Source: Octopus vulgaris (lineage: Eukaryota). Taken from it: a stretch of DNA of 64,000 nucleotides. The translations under genes were made by a program, and so were the position numbers. Positions 1-11,202 of this stretch are shown in pieces. The notes beneath the pieces are model-generated. The model did no database searches and had not been told where the DNA came from. It saw only the letters and a program-made list of their open reading frames with translations. Position 1 is the first letter of the stretch. Each line of letters starts with the position of its first letter. The stretch is taken from contig OX597817.1 of the NCBI GenBank assembly GCA_951406725.2, positions 83,452,001-83,516,000 of the forward strand, in the 5' to 3' direction.

Positions 1-45
<45 letters not shown>

Positions 46-192
46 CATACATACATACATACATATACATATAAGTGTATATGTATGCATATATATATAT
101 TATATATATATATATTATTATATATTATTAATATATATATACATAATATATATTATACTTATAATACATTATAATTATATATTGTATGTGTG

Positions 193-230
<38 letters not shown>
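1..230. repeat. (TA)n/(CATA)n microsatellite
   Basis: Direct reading of the sequence. Confidence 0.95.
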
Positions 231-232
<2 letters not shown>

Positions 233-574
233 ATGGAGAAATTATACAAAATGCATAAATAGATGATGAGTAAACACCGGCAGAGTTTCGATTATCTGTT
301 GTTATCCGTAGATTTATTGCCGGAACTTCGTAGTGGTGGCTGGGGTAACGGTATTAATAAGATAGTAAGGCGGCGAACTGGCAGAAACGTTGTTTTACGT
401 ACCGCTATATGTCCATCAACTTCGAGAATAAGTAAAAAAAAAATGAGAAAAATTGAAACGCAAAAAATTCAAATATGAACGGGAAAATTATACATTCTTG
501 TTTAGAGAAAATGACGTAATGAGCTTTCGCTGTTGTAACTGTTAAGAGAAAGGAAATTGTTTATGTGTTTGTGC

Positions 575-699
575 TTAGATGCACATCAGCCGAAATTGCA
601 AGGATGATCCGGTTCTTGACTGAAGATTGAAGGCTTCGAATGTCCCGTCCGTGTTTTTTGTATCGTCTCCTAAATGTTTTGCGTTCTTGTCCCAGTTTG

Positions 700-706
<7 letters not shown>
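575..706 (+). repeat. Partial copy of the 3323-3990 structured repeat (same 3' end, followed by (TA)n)
   Basis: cagccgaaattgcaaggatgatccggttcttgactgaagattgaaggcttcgaatgtcccgtccg...cccagtttgtattttta matches ~3868-3989. Confidence 0.85.
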
Positions 707-761
<55 letters not shown>

Positions 762-932
762 AATATTAGGGAATAAATCCAAATTTACAGGGAAAAAATC
801 AGATTTAAGATTAAATCCACTTTTATAGTAAAATATTATAAAATATTATTAGAGACAAAACCACTATTTTGCAAAACAAACAAGGAAAGACTTAATCAAT
901 ACATAAAATTTTAATAAATAGTCAAAAAACCG

Positions 933-975
933 CCACTACAATCGTTTCTTGTCTTGATCGACAATCTTCAGGTGG
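933..975 (-). ncRNA. Minimal type-I hammerhead ribozyme (canonical core)
   Basis: Reverse complement of 3160-3202: CCAC-CUGAAGA-UUGUC gaucaa GACAA-GAAA-C gauu GUA-GUGG. Confidence 0.85.
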
Positions 976-3159
976 ACTTCAATCTAAAATATCAATATTT
1001 TAAAATATACAAATAATAATTTTAAAATAATTTAAGTATGAGTTTAGTTTAAATTAGTTTAGATAATATATTTTGGTTATGTTGTCTAGGATTTAATTAT
1101 AGTTAGTCTTTATTGATATTTCTTTGTTTTAATTAGTTCATTTTTAATGTATATTATTTTAACAGTATATGGTATGTTAAAACTTTAATAATTTATATTA
1201 GATTTTTTTATTTTCTTTATTTATATATTTTTTTATTTTTTTATTTTTTATTTTTTTTATTTTATTTTATTATGTATTTTTATTATGCATTTGTTATATG
1301 TATTTTGGAGGATATTGATACGTATGTATATGAGTGTGTATTGGGGGGTTGTACGTATTTATTGTATGCATGTGCTTCACGCACGTGCGTCCATGTATGG
1401 ATGAATATATTGGGATTGCTATGTGGGTGTAAATTGGGTATGGAGGGGGGAGTTTTGTCATTGTATGGGTGTGGGTTTCATATGTGATGGTGGTTAGTTG
1501 GTAATTTTTGGTATGTTCTGTATATTTGGGTTAGTTATGTATTATTCTAGTGTGTATAATTGTATACATATGATTGGTGTGAGTGGGATTACGCCCATTT
1601 TTGGGGATGTATGTGTTTATTTATCCATATGGGGCGGGAGTGGCCGTTAGGTGTATATGTTGAGGCTCACATGCAATTCCAGGTACAGCGAATGAAGTGG
1701 GCACTCATATTTGTTATGGGTGTGTGTACTTTATTATAACAGACAATACCCAAATAAAATCTGTCAATTCAACATACCAAATAAAAAACAAAAAACAAAG
1801 GGATCATAAACATTCACACATACATACGTTTTTAAGAGTTTTGGTTTATCATGGTTTTTTTAGGGAATTCGTGGTAATTTGTCTATTTTCGATGTTGGTT
1901 GTCTTATTGCATTGTTTCATTCATAATTTTTGAGTGGTGTTCGTTTTGCCACGTGAATATTATTTTTAATTCCATTTATTCCATTTCTCCATTCATTAAT
2001 TTAGTGATGTTCGTTTCCAGAGCGGTTATACTTTTTATACATATGTTAAGTTCCTTGGTAAAGTAATTTTGTTTGGTGTATATGTTGAGGCTTATATGTA
2101 CTTGTGGGTGTGTGTGAGTGGGGTGGGTGTTTGTATTTGTTATGGGTGTGTGGTTTACGTGTGTGTTTTTGTGTGTGAATGTATAGGTTAAAGGGATTGC
2201 TATATAAGTATGTTATAGTGTTTAGTAAAGGGAGGTTTTATCATTTCTGTTTTGTGAGTTTTAGCTTATCATGGTAGTTTTATAAAAGAATCCATTCATA
2301 ATTTTTGTGTTTATTTGTCTGTGTGGGGTTGAGTGGGTTTTTGGAGTATATGTTGAGGTTTATATGTATGTATTGGTATGTGTAAGTGGTGTGGGTATTT
2401 GTATATGTCGTGGGTGTGTGGTTTACGTGTGTGTATTTGTGTGTGAATGTTTAGGTTAGGGGGATTGCTATATAGGTATGTTATAGAGTTTAGTAAAGGG
2501 AGATTTTAACATTATATGTTTTTGTGAGTTTTGGTTTATCATGGTAGGTTTGTTAAGGAATTCGTAGTAATTTGTGTATATTTGCGATGTCTGTTGTTTT
2601 ATTGCATTGTTTCATTCATAATTTTTAAGTAGTGTTCGTTTTACCAAGTGAATATAATTTTTAATTCCATTTATTCCATTTCTCCGTTCATAATTTTGAG
2701 TGATGTCCGTTTTCTAGAGCGTGAATGTGGGTTGTATGTGTGTGTGTGTGGGAGTATGAATAAGTATTGTGTTGAAGTATTTAGCTATTTTATTTATTTA
2801 TAGTTGCCTAGACGTTTTTATGTGTATGTATAGGGATATATATTTAGGTGTGTGGTTTAGTGTATGTAGTTAGATATGGTTATATATAATTAGGTATATG
2901 TGTATGGGTGTATATATAGTTTATTATTATATTATTATTATTTTTTTACTTTTTTGTTTTGTTTTATATTTTATATTTTATATTTTATATTTAATTGTTG
3001 ATAGGTTTATTTTAGTTTATATATTGTTTATATATTGATTATATATGGATTATATATAGGTTATATATGGATTATATATTTATATTTTTTCATTCATACT
3101 TTAATTATTTTAAAATTATTATTTGTATATTTTAAAATATTGATATTTTAGATTGAAGT

Positions 3160-3202
3160 CCACCTGAAGATTGTCGATCAAGACAAGAAACGATTGTAGT
3201 GG
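3160..3202 (+). ncRNA. Minimal type-I hammerhead ribozyme (canonical core)
   Basis: Stem I CCAC(3160-63)/GTGG(3199-3202); core CTGAAGA 3164-70; stem II TTGTC/GACAA; GAAA 3187-90; 2-bp stem III; GUA triplet 3196-98. Confidence 0.85.
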
Positions 3203-3289
3203 CGGTTTTTTTGACTATTTATTAAAATTTTATGTATTGATTAAGTCTTTCCTTGTTTGTTTTGCAAAATAGTGGTTTTGTCTCTAATA

Positions 3290-3322
<33 letters not shown>

Positions 3323-3326
<4 letters not shown>

Positions 3327-3990
3327 GCGTACGTATCCTCTCTCTTATATGTAAGTACACATTTCTCTAAACTCGGTACGACTCTGTTTTTCTCCCCCTC
3401 TCCTACAATTCTTTGACTTTCTTACTTTGCACTTCACTTTGTCCATGTCTCTTTTTCTCGAGCTCTCTCTCTCTCTCTCTCTCTTCTCCTCCTCCTTCAT
3501 TCCTTGTCCCTCTTTTCCTCTCTCTTCTCTTCACACTTGACTGACTGACCGGCTACTGACCTTTTTGGGTTTGGCAGCGGTCGTGGTAACATCAACATTT
3601 TTTTCTCTGCCCCAAGGCACATTCCTAACACACCAGCTGAGTTTAATTCGTCTAGTCGAAAGACGCTTGTTTGTGATATCCTGTTATTGTTATTATTATT
3701 ATTATTGTTTTTATGTATTATTTTTGTATTCATATTCATATTCGTGTAACATCGTCCGTTTTTCCGTCCTTGTTTTGTATACATTCGAAGCTTTCTTCCA
3801 AGGAATTTAATGCGCTTAGATTAGTTTTTCCTTGGGGCTGGCGAGATTGGAGCAATCTCAAGATTAATCAGCCGAAATTGCGAGGATGATCCGGTTCTTG
3901 ACTGCAGATTGAAGGCTTCGAATGTCCCGTCCGTATTTTTTGTATCGTCTCCTTAATATTTTGCGCTCTTGTCCCAGTTTGTATTTTTAT
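3323..3990 (+). mobile_element. Interspersed multi-hairpin repeat between (TA)n tracts (possible LTR fragment or non-autonomous retroelement)
   Basis: Second partial copy at 575-706. Several nested hairpins: gaccggctac...gcagcggtc; acattcgaagc...gcttcgaatgt enclosing ccaaggaa/ttccttgg and ggctg/cagcc with gagattg/caatctc. Ends TATAGT... and ...TACA, near TG..CA. Confidence 0.5.
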
Positions 3991-4326
3991 ACATACATAT
4001 ATATATATATATATACGCACATATACATACACGCTCACACACGCACATCCAATTACATGGGTTTATACATAAAACTAGATATACGCGCATAAGTAAACGT
4101 ATAACCGAGTACATACATGTATATGCATAGAAACTCATATATGCAGGTACACACGCGTATATATACATAAATATACGTACATATCATATGTAAATATGTA
4201 CATATATTCGTACGTAAAGCAAAATACAGGCGCATATATGTATGTATTCGTCCATACGTGGGCGTATATACATGTATATATTTGTATGTATATACCCATA
4301 TATTTGACTGTGCGTGTGTGAGCGTG

Positions 4327-4407
<81 letters not shown>

Positions 4408-4904
4408 ACATATATATATATGTTGGTCTGCTCGCTTAGCCAGCGGGATGGCGTCATTTGAAGGCTAAAACAATGTGAAGCGCGTTGTGACCAGCGATGT
4501 GTAGCAACATCTGATAACCTGGTCGGTCACGGTGATCACGGTGATATATACATGTATGTATGTATGTATGTATGTATGTATGTATGTATGTATGTATGTA
4601 TGTATGTATGTATGTATCTGTGTGTGTATATGTGCGTCTCAACACGAACACAGAAAGAAATTTTCGTCTAAGTATTATCTTCCTTTCAACTTCTACATCT
4701 TTTTCTTTCTCTTAACAGTTACCACACCGAAAGCTCATTACGTCTTTTTCTCTAAACTAGAACGTATAATTTTCATGTTCATATTTGAATATTTTTGCAT
4801 TACAATTTTTCTCTATTTTTTTTTTTATTTATTCTCGAAGTTGATGGACATATAGCGGTACGTAAAATCAAATCAGAAAATCTCTCGTAAAACTTTTTAT
4901 TGAT

Positions 4905-4944
4905 GTACCCGCAGAGACCCCGAAAGGGTCGAAACGTGTCGTAC
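4905..4944 (+). ncRNA. Hammerhead-like motif with variant core CCGCAGA
   Basis: GTAC-CCGCAGA-GACCC cgaaa GGGTC-GAAA-CGT-GTC-GTAC. All three stems are in register, stem III is palindromic (ACGT), cleavage triplet GUC. Confidence 0.65.
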
Positions 4945-5283
4945 CCAATAACATCTTTTCTCCTTCCATCTACCTTATTAATACTATGTGTGTGTGTATT
5001 AATGTTTGTTTTTATGTTCAGTAAATTAATCTGATGAGTTACTTTCGTAGAGTGCAAATTTATCATTCTTAGACAAGAATACTATTGACAATGACTTCTA
5101 AGTTTCGTCCAACTGATCAAGTGTTGAACTGCGTTGCATTGAACTTAATCTTGGCTTTCTATCGTATCTTTTCAGTTAAATCTCTTCCTTAGGCATATGG
5201 CTTTGACTAGAGTGGTAATTACTTTGTAGTTCGTTTGTGATGGAAACGGGTTTCGGAAAAATTATGATTGATTAAATTTGGGG

Positions 5284-5691
5284 TTACTCTTTACTCTTTT
5301 ACTCTTTTACTTGTTTCAGTCATTTGACTGCGGCCATGCTGGGGCACCGCCTTTAATCGAGCAACTCGAACCCGGGACTTATTCTTTCGTAAGCCCAGTA
5401 CTTATTCTATCGGTCTCTTTTGCCGAACTGCTAAGTAACGGGGACATAAACACACCAGCATCGGTTGTCAAGCAATGCTAGGGGGACAAACACAGACACA
5501 CACATACATATATATATATACATATATACGACGGGCTTCTTTCAGTTTCCGTCTGCCAAATCCACTCACAAGGCTTTGGTCGGCCCGAGGCTATAGTAGA
5601 AGACATTTGCCCAAGGTGCCACGCAGTGGGACTGAACCCGGAACCATGTGGTTGGTAAACAAGCTACTTACCACACAGCCACTCCTGCGCC
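5284..5691 (-). mobile_element. Full-length tRNA-derived SINE (family A, GGCGCAGGAGTGG head)
   Basis: On - strand: A-box-like TGGCTGTGTGGTAAG, B-box-like GGTTCAGTCCC, internal microsatellite, (GAGTAAAA)-type tail. Further copies at 6405-7160, 39493, 40983, 58850, 61873. Confidence 0.9.
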
Positions 5692-6146
5692 TATTATTAG
5701 GTTAGTTATTGTTTAGAAACTATTCATGCATGTAGAACTGTGTATGCAGGTGTGTATGTTTAGGTGTGTTTCCCTTCAGGTCATAAGAACGTTATTTAAG
5801 CGGTTTAAAAAAAATGTAGGTAGGACAAGGAAGTGACAGTAGTTTTAGTTATGGTTGGTTTAATCATTTGCTTTCATAATTTGAAGATCGAAGTTTGGTG
5901 CGGTATTTAAAATCTTTGTAATTGGCAGTGTCAGCTTTTTTTAAAATGAAATTATTTTAAAGGTTTACATAAATATACGTAGATAGCATATGTAAATATG
6001 TGCATATATCCGTACGTAAAGCAAGATACAGGCGTATATATGTATGTATTCGTCCATACGTGTGCGTATGCACCTGTATATAGTTGTATGTATATACCCA
6101 TATACTTGAATATGCGTGTGTGAGCGTGTATGTATACGTGCGTATA

Positions 6147-6224
<78 letters not shown>

Positions 6225-6404
6225 TGTATGTATGATGTATCTGTGTGTGTATATGTGCGTCTCAGTACGAACACAAATAAAATTTCGTCTAGATATTATC
6301 TTCCTTTCAACTTCTACATCTTTTTCTTTCTCTTAACAGTTACAACAGCGAAAGCTAGAACGTATAATTTTCCTGTTACTAGCTGCTATACAAATATATA
6401 TATA

Positions 6405-6909
6405 CTCTTTACTCTCTCTTTTATTCTTTTACTTGTTTCAGTCATTTGACTGCGGCCCTGCTGGAGCAAATCGACCCCATATTCTTTGTAAGCCTAGTAC
6501 TTATTCTATCGGTCTCTTTTGCCGAAACGCTAAGTAACGGGGACGTAAACACACCAGCATCGGTTGTCAAGCGATGTTGGGGGGACAACAAACACACACA
6601 AACACACACACAAAATACTCGCATATATGCTAAAAAGATATCTTTTGATGTGTTCGTGGCGAGTACACTATGATTAGGTGAGAAATATCCTATTTCCCAT
6701 TTTTGTAGAGGAAATACCTTTCTTATTTTAAAGTAAAACTTGAAGACCATAACAAAGTCTAGGACTCACTATATCTTATGCAAAACATGCACGAGTACAG
6801 CTTAACGATCATTGTAAATCGTGGCCTCCTATAGTTTATGAAAAACATGCATGAGTAATTTGAAGCAAGGGCCTAATGGAAAGAGAATTGCTTAAAATTT
6901 GTAGTTTCA

Positions 6910-6971
<62 letters not shown>

Positions 6972-7160
6972 TACATATATATATTTATATATATATATAC
7001 GACAGGCTTCTCTCAGTTTCCGTCTACCAAATCCACTCACAAGGTTTTGGTCGGCCCAAGGCTATAGTAGAAGGCACTTTCCTAAGGTGCCATGCAGTGG
7101 GATTGAACACGGAACCGTGTAGTTGGTAAGCAAGCTACTTACCATACAGCCACACCTGTA
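6405..7160 (-). mobile_element. Family A SINE split by a 298-bp insertion in its internal (CA)n
   Basis: 3' half 6405-6611 and 5' half ~6910-7160 match the 5284-5691 copy. Confidence 0.85.
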
Positions 7161-7951
7161 TATACAAAAAAAGTATATGTATATTTATATATAAATATAT
7201 GTATGATGAAAATGTATTACTTAATGTCCATTTCAAGAAGTTACTGTGCTTTGTCAATATTTCGTGTGGCTTCCGTTAGATTGAATAATTGCATCAATGC
7301 GCCTGGGAAGAGATGCGTACAAATCCTTCACCACTTTCACAGGTAAGAGATGCCATTTTCACTGACTTAGCTCCCACAACTCTTCAAGACTGCGTGGTTT
7401 CTTCTGACGAACTCTTCTCTTTAGTTCTGTTCACATTTGCTCGATGATTTTTAAGTGAGACCCTTACTCAACTTGACTCTTCTTCTCGACGTCTAGACTT
7501 CTACCTCTATATACGTAGTTTACTTCATCGTCTAGGGGCGTCCACACAACCTTCTTACTTGTGCCAATTATGTCAATTGATGCCCTTAAAGCTGACAAAA
7601 CAAAAACAACAATCATCGTAATATTTCTGTTTCTTTTTTTTTAACCTCAAATTATTGAAACTACAAATTTTAAGCAATTCTCTTTCCATTAAGCCCTTGC
7701 TTCAAATTACTCATGCATGTTTTTCATAAACTATAGGAACCCACGATTTACAATGATCGTTAAGCTGTACTCGCGCATGTTTTGCATAAGATATAGTGAG
7801 TCCTAGACTTTGTTATAGTCTTCAAGTTTTACTTTAAAATAAGAAAGGTATTTCCTCTACAAAAATGGGAAATAGGATATTTCTCACCTAATCATAATGC
7901 ACTCGCCACGAACACATCAAAATATATCTTTTTAGCATATGCGAGTATTTT
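6612..7951. repeat. Inverted duplication, 6612-6909 vs 7656-7951
   Basis: aaaatactcgcata...tttgtagtttca is the reverse complement of tgaaactacaaa...tatgcgagtatttt, with only scattered differences. Confidence 0.95.
7254..7459 (-). pseudogene. Tc1-family transposase C-terminal remnant
   Basis: Manual translation HLKIIEQM*TELKRRVRQKKPRSLEELWELSQ*KWHLLPVKVVKDLYASLPRRIDAIIQSNGSHTKY* matches the Tc1 pattern DLNPIENLW..LK...SMPRR..AVI...G..TKY*; contains stops. Confidence 0.85.
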
Positions 7952-9039
7952 AGGTCTTATGGCGTCTATGAAAAATACAAAAAGGAGAGAGCGAATTAAA
8001 ATTAGTATATCGGATCAATGTACAAGTAGCATTTGATTTACATTTACAAAGACCAATATATCGACATTAGATTTTTACCTAATTTAGTTTGCAATTAACG
8101 ACTAACAATTATGAAAGAAAATACGCTGCACTATACCAAAACATAAAGTACATTGTTTTATATAAACAACCAACGTACATGGGAGCGGTTTCAGCGCCTT
8201 CAGTTAAAGACTAATATGAGAAAACAATTAACTGAAATTAGTTTTATTTTATTTTGTTCCAAACATTTGTAATTAAATTCATTCAATTTATAAATCACAA
8301 ACAATAAATAAAAATAAATAAACACATATAAAGTACGGATAGCTAATTTAAATTCAATTTTTGTAATTGTTTTAAATAAAATGTTGTCAACAGAATAATA
8401 AATGCAAAGCAATCGCAAATTGGCTCAAAAATCAAGTTTCTGAAAGTTTCTGAAATACCGGAACAGAAAACAAGAATTATATGGATTAATAACATGAATA
8501 TTAATCGATATGTAAAGTATTTTATAATATTACAAATTGTATGTCCAAGGTTCCTACTTTTGAGTATATTTTAGAATTTCAATTTTTATCACGGAAACTA
8601 ATCATGACAGCTCTCTCAAAAATGGTGGACGGAATAACATCCAGTTAACAGGATTCTCATTTTAGACAAACGCAAGGGACCTGTATAATCTCATATTGAA
8701 ATGCTAACGGTAAATTCCTGTGGCATAAACAATCTATTATTTTGTGAGTGGGAGAAAGAGTGAGAGAGATGTTTAAACGGACACTACTAGCTCGAGACAC
8801 ATTCACACTTGCACGTGTACATCCAGAAGACAATTAGCTGTGTGTGAATGTGTGTGTGAGAAAGCGAGTGAGTTTATATGTGCGCACACTATCAGCGTTC
8901 ATATGGGTAGGAACTACAAGGGGATTTAATTTTAGCAAAAATATTGCTTAAACAGAATTTATCACTAAAATATATTTCGGTAATTTCAGTCGTTAAATAT
9001 ATTCGATTTACTTTTTATGATGCGCATGTAATTAAGGTA

Positions 9040-9260
<221 letters not shown>

Positions 9261-9891
9261 AAAGAGAGAGAGACACCATCAGACAGACAGAAAGATACAT
9301 ACCTATACATACTAGTACATTCATATTTCATATACATACATGCACACACCAGCACACACACACACACACAAACATACATATATAATGCCATATTGATCTT
9401 TCATAAGTGGTGGTTGCGTCTAATTAAACTATGAAATATCTAGGAGATCAGCTAGTTAAGAATTAATGCAACAACTTACTTACGAATTGGGTCATACATT
9501 CCAGCAACTTCGGTTTCTCATTTCAACACAAGAGTTTAATTACCCGTTTAGAATAGGGCGTGCTATATTTCCAGAACTAAAAAAGAATAACGGAAATTTA
9601 TAGTATTTTTGGAATCAATGCCCATGATGTATGTAGAAAGTATAAGAATGCCATTGTTTATTCTACTCGTGTGTCTCAGTCACTTAAGATTCCCAGAACC
9701 TTGTCATGAAGGTCATGTATGTGGTGGAGTGTATGAAAAGTCTTGAGACTCAAGAAACCAAAACACGGTACAAAACTTCAAGGCTTAAAGGCCTTGAAGG
9801 CTCAAAATTTTTCATACACCCTTCGCACACACTCACGCACACACATATATATATATATGTATATATATGCATACATAGATACAGATAGAAT

Positions 9892-9981
<90 letters not shown>

Positions 9982-11075
9982 GTGAGAGAGAGCGAGAGAA
10001 ACTGTCACACAGATATACATGCACAACATAAATACATATGCGCATTCACATATACATACACAGCCACATACATGTCTTTATATTTATACAGGCCTAGATA
10101 TAAGTGTGTGTGTGTGTGCGTGTATGTGTGTGTGTGTGTATAATTTTCTAAATCGCTCTATTGTGCAATGATTCCAATATTGTAATGTGTGAAAAGATCT
10201 CGTTATTATTTTATGACAATCCCTTCTGTCCTAAAAGAACACGGAAATGTACAATCATGGGAATTTACGACGGAGCAGAGATGTCAGATTCGGCCAGATT
10301 ATATATCCTACAACCCGTGAAATATAGATCCACTGTCATAAGCTTTTAGACATAACGGAAAGATATGAACATGCTCAGAAAAAATATCTAATTAGCTTGT
10401 TCAAAGAATTTTGTTTAAGATTACAATAAATATATACCTGCAAATAATAAACGTCTTACATGTAACAATAAATTTTAAAACACGTAAAACACTACCCTAA
10501 CTAAACCTGAGGCAGAAATAGTATACATAAATAGAAACTGTAATGTTTAATCACGATGGTACTGCATATTAAAATCAAGATTAGTAATGTGTATCTAACC
10601 GTTCACATAAGGGATAGGTATTTTTTTAACCTAAACCATACTGCGTGGAACTCTAAGTGGAGGTGTTATTAAAGACAAGTGGAAATGCATAGAATACACA
10701 GAGCCACCCATATCAAATAATACTAAATGTTGTTATAGAAAAATATTCTTGTAAATTCTTCCGTATAGTTTGAATATTTGCATAAAGGTACTAAAGACCT
10801 TCCTGACATTAATTAGTGAGCACTTTCTTACTTCATATGTTTTTCACATGTATCACGAAATCATTAATAAAAATTCTCTTAAAGCCAGTTATAACTGTAT
10901 TGCAAGGACAAGGTCACAAATTTCTAACCTCAACGACAAAGATCTATAAACATACCCTATGTATGTATGTATGTATGTATGTATGTATGTATGTATGTAT
11001 GTATGTATGTATGTATGTATGTGTATGAAGAGAGAAGGGAAGAGTGATAGATCGACAGACGGACAAACACATGGC

Positions 11076-11202
<127 letters not shown>

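Larger units (their letters stand above)
759..3299 (-). mobile_element. Non-autonomous/decayed Penelope-like element with inverted pseudo-LTRs, inserted in (TA)n
   Basis: ~205-bp inverted repeats at 837-1041 and 3094-3299, each with a hammerhead motif. The left copy extends ~80 nt further (to 759, a 3' tail). The interior is strongly strand-skewed (T/G-rich on +) with internal direct repeats (1836-2024 vs 2526-2721; ~2076-2290 vs ~2346-2560). Flanked by (TA)n on both sides. Confidence 0.75.

Noticed and set aside
275-338. Possible decayed HHR on - strand (CACC..CTACGA...GAAAC TCT GCC GGTG)
   Set aside because: Needs a core deletion and a mutated cleavage triplet, and stem II is not convincing.
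619-645. CTGAAGA...GAATGTC as a hammerhead
   Set aside because: No GAAA box after stem II, no stem I, and the sister copy at 3902 reads CTGCAGA.
5620-5691. tRNA genes (also at 31985, 15510-15578, 58850)
   Set aside because: These are SINE heads that continue into SINE bodies and lack a full cloverleaf.
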